Part shown: positions 47,577 through 58,039 of the stretch, piece after piece
How the letters are laid out: each line of letters starts with the position of its first letter
Position numbering within the stretch: position 1 is the first letter of the stretch
DNA from: a virus
Taxonomy: Duplodnaviria; Caudoviricetes
Direction: 5' to 3' (one strand)
Length of the DNA stretch: 64,000 bases
IMG/VR virus record: IMGVR_UViG_3300028048_000077
Location: 64,772-128,771 of that record
Program-made: the position numbers and the translations under genes
Notes under the pieces: generated by a model
Told to the model about the DNA's origin: nothing
What the model saw: the letters and a program-made list of their open reading frames with translations, nothing else
Database searches by the model: none

Positions 47577-47894
47577 TTACCAAGATACTATTATTTTTTC
47601 ATTTTCGAATAATACATTATATCCATATTTTTCATCTTCTAATATAGATTTTATATCTGGATATACTGTTTTAAAATCTATATTTTTAAAATAAGATTTA
47701 AAAGTAGATGAATCGCAATTTTCTAAATCAAACTCACATGAAAATTTTCCAGATTGAGCTTTCTTTACACAAGCATCTATTATAAATATCATAATATTAT
47801 CAAATACTTTTTCTTTCTCTGTATCTCTTACATGTTTGGAAATTTCATGTAAATCTTTTGCTGGTATTACTTTGAAACTTAAATCTTTTTTCAT
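47577..47894 (-). CDS. hypothetical protein
   Basis: GAGGT RBS; MKKDLSF...IVSW. Confidence 0.65.
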   Translation of the reverse strand: MKKDLSFKVIPAKDLHEISKHVRDTEKEKVFDNIMIFIIDACVKKAQSGKFSCEFDLENCDSSTFKSYFKNIDFKTVYPDIKSILEDEKYGYNVLFENEKIIVSW

Positions 47895-48075
47895 ATGTAT
47901 ACCTCTTTCTGATAACAACTATATTTTCTGTACATAATTGTTATCTCCCCCAGACCCCCATTCATTCATTTTCTTACTACGTAAGTTACTTGAAATTTAA
48001 CTTTTTACATATTTGAGATTTAGTACTCTTATAATATATAAATTATAAGAGAATATGTAAAAGTTAAAAAAATGA

Positions 48076-48098
48076 GTTATATACTATAAATGTGAATA
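48076..48098 (+). promoter_or_regulatory. putative early promoter
   Basis: GTTATATACTATAAATGTGAATA. Confidence 0.65.
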
Positions 48099-48143
48099 AG
48101 AATAAAAGTGGTTAGTCATCTACATATCTAGGAGGTAATTAAA

Positions 48144-48416
48144 ATGACAACAGCAAGATTATCTAAAGTGGAAAACATTGTTCGTAGCTTTACATATGCT
48201 CTCGAGCATGATAAGATCGTAGCCAAAATGGAAAACACGGAATTTGACCCATATTGGTTTTGTGCATTTACTGGTCGTAATTCTGTGTTACTCGGTGTAG
48301 TGTCTGATGAGGAGGAAAAAGAACTCCTCAATTATGGAATTTCTACCGAAAAAGAAAATGATTATGCAGAGTATAAGATAGTAGACTTTCATAAGTTTGA
48401 AGATGCTATAGCATAA
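48144..48416 (+). CDS. hypothetical early protein
   Basis: AGGAGG RBS; followed by terminator AAGAAG..CTTCTTTTTTTT. Confidence 0.7.
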   Translation: MTTARLSKVENIVRSFTYALEHDKIVAKMENTEFDPYWFCAFTGRNSVLLGVVSDEEEKELLNYGISTEKENDYAEYKIVDFHKFEDAIA

Positions 48417-48526
48417 AGCTTCTGCTAAACAAAAAAGAAGAAGTTGCTTAATTCAAGTAACTTCTTTTTTTTTATTGTAAAGATATCCAAATTCGACAAT
48501 TTGATAATTGTGAAGGAGGTATAAAT

Positions 48527-49159
48527 ATGGCTACTCCAATTGCAGGAATATCTGCGCCAGTAGGAATTACAAATAATTCTCATTTATTCGTTACTCAGTA
48601 CAATACCACTATGGGTACTAGATTTGCTGTTGGTAATGATATTATGACTAAGAAAGTTATCCATCAAGATACTGATGGAAAGCTTAAACTTACAAACTCT
48701 TCTGAGTTATTTAAAGATGCTTTTGGAAAAGTATTTAAATATGTAGGAGAGAATACAGAAGAGATCTATAAGACTCTTATAGATAATCTTGATGAAGATG
48801 TAGAAGATGATTTTATATATACCACTATTACTAATAAGAGATTATTAGATAGTGATCAGATAAATTTTGACCCTTTATTTGAAGAAGTTAGTTATGCTAG
48901 TCTTCAGGAAGCTATAAATACTGAATGTCATTCTTTGATGAATCAGTATAGAAGAATAAATAATATAGACTTTCCTCATATTCCAGTAATGAGTGATAGA
49001 GAAATTCATGAAGCAGATAAACTTCTTGAAGGAGTAAATAATGTAACTGTATATTCTCATCCAATGGGATACTTTGCAGAGAATGATGTAACTGGAAGAA
49101 GAACAGGTTATTATGATAATATATCTGATATCTGTTTAGATCATTTGGGGGTGAATTAA
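48527..49159 (+). CDS. hypothetical late protein
   Basis: AAGGAGG RBS; late motif at 48495-48507. Confidence 0.7.
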   Translation: MATPIAGISAPVGITNNSHLFVTQYNTTMGTRFAVGNDIMTKKVIHQDTDGKLKLTNSSELFKDAFGKVFKYVGENTEEIYKTLIDNLDEDVEDDFIYTTITNKRLLDSDQINFDPLFEEVSYASLQEAINTECHSLMNQYRRINNIDFPHIPVMSDREIHEADKLLEGVNNVTVYSHPMGYFAENDVTGRRTGYYDNISDICLDHLGVN

Positions 49160-51370
49160 TTGCTTAATCCTATTCCTTTAGTAACAGATAAAGATGAAAA
49201 TTTAGATACTCGAATAAAGATATATCGAGGAAAATCTGATAGAGTTATATTATATACTAAATATGATACTTTACATGATTTAAATAATGATTATGAAGCA
49301 TACCTTCAACAGGATGAAGATAATAGAATTATATCAGATATAGTATCTATTGAGTTTACTGATAAGAATAACATTGAACGTTATCAAGATATGAGAAAGA
49401 AATTTCTTAAAGATTATGATGGTATCTTTGATCCAATAAAAGGATATATAAGACATTATGATCATCTTGATAGCTTTAGTGAAGCAAAAGAAACTAAGAA
49501 AGTTAAAAGTTCTAAAAATGCTCATGAAGAATATTGGGAACTTACTGAATCTAAGCTTAAACAATATAGAGTAAACTACTCTAATATTATAGCTGGAATG
49601 TTTGTTAGATTGGAGAGTTTAGTAGAGTTATTGTATTTTGATTATCATAAAATAGATGTAGTTCAAAATGCATTAGCTCCAGTAAATAAAGATGATGCTA
49701 AAAGAATTATTTTTTCTAACTATCATGACCCTGAAACTGAAAAAGAAAGGGAATTCTTTAAAGATAAAGTATTAGGAATAGTATGTTATGATAGTAAGAA
49801 GAAAAAAGGATATTGCTACTGTCAGGACACTGAAAAGTTCTATGAATTTACTAAAGCAAGACCACCTATAGATCATACTAAAGGAATGCTTTATGGACCT
49901 ATGTTAAGAAGAGAAGCAAAAGCTAGAAATATCCCTTCTTTACATACATCAGAACTTCTATCTAAATCATCTAAATTTGAATCATTTTATGATTATGCTA
50001 CTAATGGAAGTCTTCTTACTGAGCAAAGAGTAGTTTCATATCTTACAGATAAATATCCAAATCATCCTATTACTGGAATACTTAAGACTGATGTATTTGA
50101 TAGAGAAAAAGATGGAGATAAGATATCTGTAGATAGAGATATTCCATACTTTACTCCACAGCAGATGTATGATTTAGGAGTATCATACCATTCTAAAACT
50201 CCTTTATATTCTCCTACTCCAGACTGTATATCTATCAATGAGAAAGATATAAAGAAATGGTATGAAGAGTATAAACTGAAGTTAGAAGGATATAACTCTC
50301 CAGAGTTTACTCCTGGATATGAATGGAGAAATACTCTTACTAAATTATATAAAGATATAGATGAATTAGAGGGTCAAGCTCTTCTTAATAGAAAGCAGTC
50401 TATCTTAGACTTGGGATGGAATCCAGAAATTGCATTTAGTGATAAAGCTAGAAAGTTTGCTAGAAGTAAGATAGAAGATTATCTTAGAACTAGATTTTCT
50501 GCTAATGTAAAGAGTTATGAAGAATCTAGTATATCAATAAATGAATCTGGGGAATACGGTACTATAAATATTATATTCTATGAAGAATATAGAGATGGAT
50601 ATAAGAAGAGTGCTATTTCATTTAATGAAGCAAATAATGAATTATTTAACTTTGAAGGAAAGAGAATATATGATCAAATAGAAAAGAAAAGAATCTATAC
50701 ATGTTGCTTACCTCAAAGTATTATAAATAAGGTGTTTAATGCTTTTAGAAATGCACCAAATGAAAATGAATCATATACAGTTCCATTTAATTATATATAT
50801 GATACAAGAAGAGTAGCAGAAGATAAGTTTAGATGTATGCTTAAAATGGTTGATTCAAGTCCAGTAAAACTTCATATAGCATCTATCAAGAATCCTAAAT
50901 ATGTAACTGAAGGAACTCAGATAACTAAACTGATTCCAGTTACAGAAGTAAAGGAATTTCCAGTAGATTTTGATAAAGATGGAAATATGCTTATCAAAAA
51001 GGGAAAGAAACTTGATTATGAAGCAGAGTATGCTACTACACATTTAGCTATGAAGCAATATCATAAAGCTAAGAATGTAGAAGGTATGGAATACTGTATG
51101 TGTAAACTTTGGTATTTGAATCTTATGATTACAGAAGAGATTCAGAAAACTAAAAATAAATCTAAGAGAGAGAAACTTCATAAAGCCAGAGCTAAGATTA
51201 TAAATGACATTCATACATATATGCCATATATATTAGAATTGGATCCTGATTTTAATATAGAAGAAGCATATGAACAATCTCCATTCTCTGATCATACAAT
51301 AAAAATAAATAAATCTGTAATAGATGCAGCTTTAGAACTTCTTAAAGGATTAATAAAATTAGTAATCTAA
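49160..51370 (+). CDS. large probable virion protein
   Basis: 736 aa; TTG start with GGGGTG RBS. Confidence 0.6.
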   Translation: MLNPIPLVTDKDENLDTRIKIYRGKSDRVILYTKYDTLHDLNNDYEAYLQQDEDNRIISDIVSIEFTDKNNIERYQDMRKKFLKDYDGIFDPIKGYIRHYDHLDSFSEAKETKKVKSSKNAHEEYWELTESKLKQYRVNYSNIIAGMFVRLESLVELLYFDYHKIDVVQNALAPVNKDDAKRIIFSNYHDPETEKEREFFKDKVLGIVCYDSKKKKGYCYCQDTEKFYEFTKARPPIDHTKGMLYGPMLRREAKARNIPSLHTSELLSKSSKFESFYDYATNGSLLTEQRVVSYLTDKYPNHPITGILKTDVFDREKDGDKISVDRDIPYFTPQQMYDLGVSYHSKTPLYSPTPDCISINEKDIKKWYEEYKLKLEGYNSPEFTPGYEWRNTLTKLYKDIDELEGQALLNRKQSILDLGWNPEIAFSDKARKFARSKIEDYLRTRFSANVKSYEESSISINESGEYGTINIIFYEEYRDGYKKSAISFNEANNELFNFEGKRIYDQIEKKRIYTCCLPQSIINKVFNAFRNAPNENESYTVPFNYIYDTRRVAEDKFRCMLKMVDSSPVKLHIASIKNPKYVTEGTQITKLIPVTEVKEFPVDFDKDGNMLIKKGKKLDYEAEYATTHLAMKQYHKAKNVEGMEYCMCKLWYLNLMITEEIQKTKNKSKREKLHKARAKIINDIHTYMPYILELDPDFNIEEAYEQSPFSDHTIKINKSVIDAALELLKGLIKLVI

Positions 51371-51377
51371 CACAATA

Positions 51378-51407
51378 TATCCCTCTACCAAAAATGGTAG
51401 AGGGATA
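51378..51407. terminator. conserved-stem hairpin
   Basis: TATCCCTCTACCA-AAAA-TGGTAGAGGGATA. Confidence 0.75.
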
Positions 51408-51413
51408 AATGTT

Positions 51414-52022
51414 TTAAATAAATATAATCTCTGTATTATTATCTTTATTAAAATAAGTTTTATTTCTAGGATCATCAAATAGACATACATTCTTAATCTT
51501 TTTAGGAGTATTTTTAAAATATGCTCTTTTAATAGATGACCCAGTAAATATATCTAACATATTTGTTACAGATGCTATATCTAAAACTATTTCCTCAGGT
51601 AAAGATTCACATCCATGAAACATAAAACTCATATCTTTAACATTACTTGTATTCCATTTTGATATATCTAATTCTTTAAGATTATAGCATCCATAAAACA
51701 TAGAATGCATATTTGTTACATTACTTACATTCCAATTAGATACATCCAAATATTCAAGTTCAGTACAACCATTAAACATGGAAGTCATGTCTGTAATCTC
51801 ACTAACATTCCAATCAGTAAGATCTAATTTATCTAAATTTACTTCACTAAATTCAGAACACATGACCAAATTATTTTTAATACGAGTATTAATTTTATCA
51901 GATATGTCTTTATTAATACCTACAAGTTTCTGGAAATAATTGAATAGTTCATTAATATCTGATCTACAAATATTTTTAGAATCAAGTTCTATATTTAGGG
52001 ATATTTCCATGTCACCTATCAC
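51414..52022 (-). CDS. BspA/DUF285-type leucine-rich repeat protein
   Basis: three LD(L/V/I)..WN.S.(I/V)..M..MF.GC repeats. Confidence 0.85.
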   Translation of the reverse strand: MIGDMEISLNIELDSKNICRSDINELFNYFQKLVGINKDISDKINTRIKNNLVMCSEFSEVNLDKLDLTDWNVSEITDMTSMFNGCTELEYLDVSNWNVSNVTNMHSMFYGCYNLKELDISKWNTSNVKDMSFMFHGCESLPEEIVLDIASVTNMLDIFTGSSIKRAYFKNTPKKIKNVCLFDDPRNKTYFNKDNNTEIIFI

Positions 52023-52030
52023 TCCTTATA

Positions 52031-53068
52031 CTACAATCTTTGTAAATCAATTGGATTATTGATAAAGTAATTATTATTAATGTACTTAACTTTATCTGGA
52101 TCGTTTAGATCTACAATATATGTAGTATCCCTACTTTCAGGTAAAGTTTCATACAGCTTTACCTGATAGTTGAGGTCTAGAGCTTTGAATCTGTTATTCC
52201 ATTCAAACATTGTAAAACCTAATATGTCTTTGCTAGTAGCAAAAGTACATATTTGATCATACATAGATTCTATATCACCATATGTATTTGGATTCATATT
52301 GATGATGATATACAATGCCTTACTTATACTCATCTTTTTCTTTACATCTCGCTTAGAAAGGCCAGATAAACAAAATAGTGTACTAATTAATAGATTATTG
52401 AATCTATTGCGTATTTGAGCATTTGATGCTTCCTGAGCATATACAATTAAAGCATTTGAGGAATTCACAGAGAAAGAAATATCGTCTTGTTTAAACTTTT
52501 TCTTCCTAAATATTACACATGGATTGTAACATGGTAGTTGATAAGAAAATGGACTTGTACTAAATACAATATTAGGAAATCCATTATTAAAATCATTTCT
52601 CATAAGATATGATATAATAACTGCTGGTTCTACTGAACCTTTCTTTAGATATATCCCTGGAAGATATCTACAGAGTAATTCTAATATCTGAATATTTATA
52701 TTTTCTATCTTTAAATTTTCAGATACAGATTTCTTATTCAAATAATTATAGTTATACTCTGGTAAGAATTGCTTATTTATAGCATCAGTTTCATCAGAAT
52801 ATACTAATATTATATTTACTCTAACTCCAAGTTTACGATAGAAATCTTTTATATGAGCACAATAGTTTAATACTACTGCTGCTAAACAGTTTTCATCACT
52901 TATAAAAAAATCATTGTATAGTAATCTAGTAAACATAGTTACATCAATATATACATTAAGATCACAAGCAGTAGACCCAGCAAATTCTTGCTGGGTCAAC
53001 TCTGCTAACTTAGGATACTTGATGAAATTACTATACATGATAGCTTCTATAGAAATAGAAGAAACCAT
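52031..53068 (-). CDS. PIN/5'-3' exonuclease-like fold protein
   Basis: NVYIDV and VEPAVII motifs reminiscent of the T4 RNase H/FEN family; catalytic set looks incomplete. Confidence 0.4.
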   Translation of the reverse strand: MVSSISIEAIMYSNFIKYPKLAELTQQEFAGSTACDLNVYIDVTMFTRLLYNDFFISDENCLAAVVLNYCAHIKDFYRKLGVRVNIILVYSDETDAINKQFLPEYNYNYLNKKSVSENLKIENINIQILELLCRYLPGIYLKKGSVEPAVIISYLMRNDFNNGFPNIVFSTSPFSYQLPCYNPCVIFRKKKFKQDDISFSVNSSNALIVYAQEASNAQIRNRFNNLLISTLFCLSGLSKRDVKKKMSISKALYIIINMNPNTYGDIESMYDQICTFATSKDILGFTMFEWNNRFKALDLNYQVKLYETLPESRDTTYIVDLNDPDKVKYINNNYFINNPIDLQRL

Positions 53069-53082
53069 AATAATCTCTCTCC

Positions 53083-53508
53083 TTAATCATGAGTTGTATG
53101 AATAAAGCAATCACCATTAACCCATCTACTTAATTTAGATATACATGAATCACAAATTTGATTACCAAATCCTTTACCTCTACTAGCTTGAGATCCACCA
53201 CATAAAATACAAGTAAATGGTAATACTTGTGCAGTTTGTAATTGCTCAATACAATTCTTACAGAAATGTATCTTCATATTTCTTGGTTTGATAGAATCTA
53301 TTTCTTTACATGCAATACATTCAAAATACCATAATAAGGTTTGAGGTGGATATTCATTATCCACTATACATGTTTCAAAAATACATCTACCATTGGTGTC
53401 ACAATACTTACATTCTTTTCCATCTTTTACTTTACATTTTTCAAATTGGTCAAGATCTTTTTCTTCTGTATCATGACTATTATCTACACCAATATTATCT
53501 AAAGCCAT
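53083..53508 (-). CDS. Cys-rich Zn-binding protein
   Basis: multiple CxxC pairs. Confidence 0.7.
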   Translation of the reverse strand: MALDNIGVDNSHDTEEKDLDQFEKCKVKDGKECKYCDTNGRCIFETCIVDNEYPPQTLLWYFECIACKEIDSIKPRNMKIHFCKNCIEQLQTAQVLPFTCILCGGSQASRGKGFGNQICDSCISKLSRWVNGDCFIHTTHD

Positions 53509-53518
53509 TTAAATCACC

Positions 53519-53905
53519 TTACTTACTAAATACAACTCTAGGATCATAGAAATCTTCAGCTTCTACTTCTTTTTCTTTAGCTGAAGATACTTTCTTCTTT
53601 CCAATTACTTGTACAAGAGCATCATCAAAATCTTCTCTTTCCGCAAGAGTTTCAATATACTCTTTAGTTTCACCAAAACCTTTTCTAATTATAGCATTAG
53701 CAAGATTCTTTGGACCATCATCTGTAAGAAAAGTAATTCCTTTATCTGGAGATTCTCCAGTCTCACTAAGTCTCCATTTTCTTACTTCTGGTCTTTTAGC
53801 TGGTCTATCATTCCAATCTACCATTCTAAAACAAATAGCAGTATTACCTCTTTCATCAATAAGTTCATCAAAATCAGGATGTACATTAAACTTAATATCA
53901 AACAT
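53519..53905 (-). CDS. PC4/YdbC-like ssDNA-binding protein
   Basis: VDWN...EVRKW......KGITF signature. Confidence 0.75.
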   Translation of the reverse strand: MFDIKFNVHPDFDELIDERGNTAICFRMVDWNDRPAKRPEVRKWRLSETGESPDKGITFLTDDGPKNLANAIIRKGFGETKEYIETLAEREDFDDALVQVIGKKKVSSAKEKEVEAEDFYDPRVVFSK

Positions 53906-53906
53906 T

Positions 53907-54587
53907 TTATTTATCCTCCTCTTTATATCTTTTTAATTTTATCTTATCTGTTTTCAGTATAAACTTTTTATATTCTTCATAATCTTTAAATGTAATATAT
54001 TCATTATTATATACATCAAGACATTGTTCACCATTAGCAAATTCATAATCATTTGCTGATATAAATATATATAGTTTCTTATTTAGCTTCTTAGCATCTT
54101 TTAAAGCCAAATTGAATAAATCTTTCTTTAAGTTATTTATGATATTTATGCTTAAGCCATCAATCCCATCTATAAATACAAATAATTTATCTTGATCAGT
54201 ATTTCTTACATAAGTACCAAACTTTACAGCAATTATAGAAAGATTTGATAATATACCTTCGCCTTCAGAACCAGCCATAATATTAGCTGCTAATGAAATA
54301 TCATTATTAAATAATGCATCTCCAATAGATCTATTTCCTCCATCATGATAATTATCAAAACTTATTGTTTTATATCCAGCTTTTTTAATAATATTTTTAA
54401 ATGCGTATAAAGTAGTTGTTTTACCATATCCATTACATCCTACTAGAATAGTAAGTCCTTCTTTTAATTCAAATATACCATTCTTATATAATTTCCATTC
54501 ATCTTCATAATAATTTTCTGGCAATCTAATATATATACTACCATCTTGTTCTTTTAGTTCCAATTCTTTAATATCTTTTTTATACAT
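53907..54587 (-). CDS. ABC-type ATPase
   Basis: Walker A GCNGYGKTT, SEGE signature, Walker B FVFID. Confidence 0.8.
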   Translation of the reverse strand: MYKKDIKELELKEQDGSIYIRLPENYYEDEWKLYKNGIFELKEGLTILVGCNGYGKTTTLYAFKNIIKKAGYKTISFDNYHDGGNRSIGDALFNNDISLAANIMAGSEGEGILSNLSIIAVKFGTYVRNTDQDKLFVFIDGIDGLSINIINNLKKDLFNLALKDAKKLNKKLYIFISANDYEFANGEQCLDVYNNEYITFKDYEEYKKFILKTDKIKLKRYKEEDK

Positions 54588-54598
54588 ATCTTTTCTCC

Positions 54599-54778
54599 TT
54601 AGATATCAAAACTAATATTATTTTTATTTTCATATACTTTTCTATCCCAAGTGTATTGCTTTCCTGTATCTATATCAACTGCGTATACACAGTCATCATC
54701 AACTTCAGTTATTTTATATTTAATAGGATCTCCATTTGGAAGAGTACCTATAATTGTTTCATTCCCTGTATATTTCAT
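54599..54778 (-). CDS. 59-aa hypothetical protein (not in ORF track)
   Basis: GGAGG RBS; MKYTGNETIIGTLPNGDPIKYKI... Confidence 0.6.
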   Translation of the reverse strand: MKYTGNETIIGTLPNGDPIKYKITEVDDDCVYAVDIDTGKQYTWDRKVYENKNNISFDI

Positions 54779-54874
54779 AAAAATAACCCCTCCATAAAAA
54801 TATAAAAATAAAGAGGAACCATTTAAGGTTCCTCTTTGGTGTGTGTTAGTAAAATTAATTATTTAAAATTGTGA

Positions 54875-55789
54875 TTAAAAATCTCTCTTTGGACGGTTGA
54901 TATGGAGAGAACCGCTATTACCAGCGATACCCATATACAATTCATCCGACAGACTCTTAACATTGTTCTCATCAGCCTGCTGAATCTGAATCATATACTT
55001 CTGAATAATCTGATGACCATTCAAATCCTTATACGTATATGCAGGCAATGGATACATAGGAATCATTCTGTAGAAGAACTTATGTCCTTCCTCATCATGA
55101 GTTCCATACATCTTAGCCAGAACCTGATTAATATCCAGATTAATAGCCAGCTTACGAGTGGTAATTCTATTGAAACCACCATTGATATAGTTGGTCTCAG
55201 TTACCTCATAACAGAGTGCCTTGTTCTCCCAATTGTAATTATTATCGGCAGGATCACCTTTAATAAATTCACGGGATACAAATGGAGCCAAAGCATCTTT
55301 ACCTTCCTGAGTCAACTTCCAGATACGAGAACGATTCTGATAGATCATATTAGTTCTCTCAATAAGATCCATAGAGTTCTGAATCTTGCTGTCTTTCTCA
55401 TACAGGTTCTTAATGACTTTAATAGCTCCTTCTTTCCATACAAGGTCATTGCGATCCTCGAAATAGATAGTAAGAGTCATCTTACTTCTATCAGGAGTTG
55501 TAATAAGAGTACAACCGCAGTACTGAGGGAATGGAATAGCGAAAATGCTATTTACATCTTCCTCAAACTTAGTCTGAGGCATCAACTTCGTATTTACGAG
55601 AGATTCCATTGTCTGTTTTTCAACTTGAATGGTTGCTGTCAACTTACGATAGTCTTCACCCTGCTCACGTACTGGGTCTTTTTCCTTTTCAACTGACCTA
55701 GTAGGAGTTGTTGCTCCTTTTTCTCCTCTCTTTCTTTCGATAGTTTTGCGAGACAATGCATTGTCTCCAGCGAAATTGTTGTAGCTCAT
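54875..55789 (-). CDS. hypothetical early protein
   Basis: AAGGAGG RBS, early motif at 55874-55892, biased codon usage. Confidence 0.75.
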   Translation of the reverse strand: MSYNNFAGDNALSRKTIERKRGEKGATTPTRSVEKEKDPVREQGEDYRKLTATIQVEKQTMESLVNTKLMPQTKFEEDVNSIFAIPFPQYCGCTLITTPDRSKMTLTIYFEDRNDLVWKEGAIKVIKNLYEKDSKIQNSMDLIERTNMIYQNRSRIWKLTQEGKDALAPFVSREFIKGDPADNNYNWENKALCYEVTETNYINGGFNRITTRKLAINLDINQVLAKMYGTHDEEGHKFFYRMIPMYPLPAYTYKDLNGHQIIQKYMIQIQQADENNVKSLSDELYMGIAGNSGSLHINRPKRDF

Positions 55790-55873
55790 AATGCTACCTC
55801 CTTAAAATAATAAATTTAGTGGTTACCCGAGATAAAGTATGTGTTAGGTGAATTATAAAACTCGGTTACCCAC

Positions 55874-55892
55874 TTCATATATATAGTATACA
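55874..55892 (-). promoter_or_regulatory. putative early promoter
   Basis: minus strand TGTATACTATATATATGAA plus leader stem GGTAACCGAG/CTCGGGTAACC. Confidence 0.65.
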
Positions 55893-55905
55893 TTCAAATT
55901 ATTTT

Positions 55906-56745
55906 TTACTTAAGCATATCTTCACTGATAAGAGAATATGAAACCACATATACTTTACCATTTTCAAATCTACTAAGAAAATAATTTGATTGTATCTTAT
56001 CTAAATCAATGTCTTTTTTATATTCTACTACAGAAAGATTTGTATATGGAGCACCAACAAAAAGTTCAAATTCTTCTTTAGATAAAGTATTAGGATCTAA
56101 ACTAGAGATTCCCAAAGAAGCATCTATATCTTTTTGCATAATCTGTAATAGATCATGTATAGATTCAGGACCATAAATTTCTCCATGATATTCATGCTTA
56201 AGAGAGTTTGCTTTAAAATTCTTAAAGTTATTCTCCATCATTCTATTAATCTTATCCTTATCATCAGATAATAGATTCTCGATATCTTCAATACTATCAT
56301 CAAGATATGAATTAATCATAATAGTAGAATGAACTTTAGAAGCAGATAAGAACAAAGATAACTCTTTATTCTCAATAGCATTTGTAATATAATCTCCTAA
56401 TATTATCTTATCTACATTCTTATCATTTAATATCATCTGTCTACCAATAATATTAGGTACAGGAGCAGGTTTCTCCATATCTTCTTTTCTCATAACATAG
56501 AGAATTATATCATTCTGAGCCTTAGAAGTAGATACAAGAGAAATACAATATAAAGCATCAGGGATTAAAGTACTATACTCAGATAATTCTTTCTTATTAA
56601 GAGTAAATACTTTATCATTAGACTCATCTTTACATTCTATTTTATTTTCATTCAGAACTTTTATTACTCTAAATGCATTGGTAATATCTGTATCTGAATT
56701 ATATTTAAAGAATCTCTTACCAGTAATTACATCATACTTATTCAA
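55906..56745 (-). CDS. hypothetical protein
   Basis: 279 aa; TTG start with GGAG RBS. Confidence 0.7.
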   Translation of the reverse strand: MNKYDVITGKRFFKYNSDTDITNAFRVIKVLNENKIECKDESNDKVFTLNKKELSEYSTLIPDALYCISLVSTSKAQNDIILYVMRKEDMEKPAPVPNIIGRQMILNDKNVDKIILGDYITNAIENKELSLFLSASKVHSTIMINSYLDDSIEDIENLLSDDKDKINRMMENNFKNFKANSLKHEYHGEIYGPESIHDLLQIMQKDIDASLGISSLDPNTLSKEEFELFVGAPYTNLSVVEYKKDIDLDKIQSNYFLSRFENGKVYVVSYSLISEDMLK

Positions 56746-56811
56746 TACTATCTCTCCCTCTTAATGTGATTATATATAAGTATCTACAGTAGTTAAATTT
56801 AACACAAAAAA

Positions 56812-56836
56812 TCCCCGTACCAAGAAGGTACGGGGA
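56812..56836 (-). terminator. conserved-stem hairpin
   Basis: TCCCCGTACC-AAGAA-GGTACGGGGA. Confidence 0.75.
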
Positions 56837-56842
56837 ATAATA

Positions 56843-58039
56843 TTAAGGATTCTGAGGATTTTGACCAGGAGCAGGTTGCTGAGGTTGTGGATTCTGAGTA
56901 GCAGGCTGTTGCTGTTGTTGCATATACTCATTACGAGGACACACAGTCTGAAGAATCTTAATATAATCATTATAAATTATATTAGAAGAACGTAAACGAG
57001 CATTCAGAATTGCAGTAGCTACATTCTGAATAGCTCCCATATACATTCCCATAGATTGAGTCTTTTGTTGTTCCTGTGATGCAGCCTGTTTATCAATCTT
57101 TACACCAGAAGTATCTACAGCTTTATCATTCTGACCAAGGCCAGTTATTGGTTTAGTTTCTGCAGGAGGATTCTGTCCTTGAGCAGCATTAGCTGCTTGA
57201 GCTGGTGCAGTTTGAGCTGGTGGTTGATTATCTGCTTCATTAAATACTGATTCAAGAATACTCTTATACTGATAAGCCTTATGACGTATATCAGCTTTAG
57301 AATAATCAGTAGAAGCATTAACATTTTGCTGTTTAGTTGTTGGTGGATTTGTATTTGGTTGTGGAGTAGGATTTATACCTTGAACTGCTTTACCAATTAA
57401 ACCAAGGATATTATTTATATCATTATTTATCTGACCCAATTGTTTTGGAAAATCCAAACACCAAGTTACTATACCATCCATATTAAGTTGATTTACATTT
57501 GTATTAATCTTCTGAGAATTCCCATTTCCACCCTGGAAATAATTTAAACAAAATTGATCAAACTTAATTTGTCCCTGAGGATTAAATCCATCCATCATAA
57601 ATTTCTGTATATTAGCAATACATTCATCTTTATTATCTGCTTTAACTGTATCATACATCTCTGGTTTAAATTTACTAAAAATATTATTCATATTTTTAAT
57701 ATTATTAATACCATTTTCATATGGTTGCATTTCTAAAGGAATATTTTTACTTTTAGCAACTTCTGCTACTTTAGGTTGGATAGCTTTAAGATAAGCTTCA
57801 TCATGTTTATTTTGAATTTGTTTCTTAGTATACTCAACAAATTTAGTTACCATATTTGTAAATATTGTTTTAATCTTACCCATCATCTCAGTAGAATTAA
57901 ACTCTTCTAAGATAATCTGATTAATCTGCTCTTCAGTGAGTACATTAGTAGATTCATCTAATCTCTTCATAGCATTTTGTACTCTAGCTTTATTTGCAGC
58001 ATAATGTATATATGCAGCATCTCTAACTAAATTATTCAT
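56843..58039 (-). CDS. probable internal head protein
   Basis: LxE propeptide then amphipathic KIKTIF helix; Q/P-rich linkers. Confidence 0.55.
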   Translation of the reverse strand: MNNLVRDAAYIHYAANKARVQNAMKRLDESTNVLTEEQINQIILEEFNSTEMMGKIKTIFTNMVTKFVEYTKKQIQNKHDEAYLKAIQPKVAEVAKSKNIPLEMQPYENGINNIKNMNNIFSKFKPEMYDTVKADNKDECIANIQKFMMDGFNPQGQIKFDQFCLNYFQGGNGNSQKINTNVNQLNMDGIVTWCLDFPKQLGQINNDINNILGLIGKAVQGINPTPQPNTNPPTTKQQNVNASTDYSKADIRHKAYQYKSILESVFNEADNQPPAQTAPAQAANAAQGQNPPAETKPITGLGQNDKAVDTSGVKIDKQAASQEQQKTQSMGMYMGAIQNVATAILNARLRSSNIIYNDYIKILQTVCPRNEYMQQQQQPATQNPQPQQPAPGQNPQNP

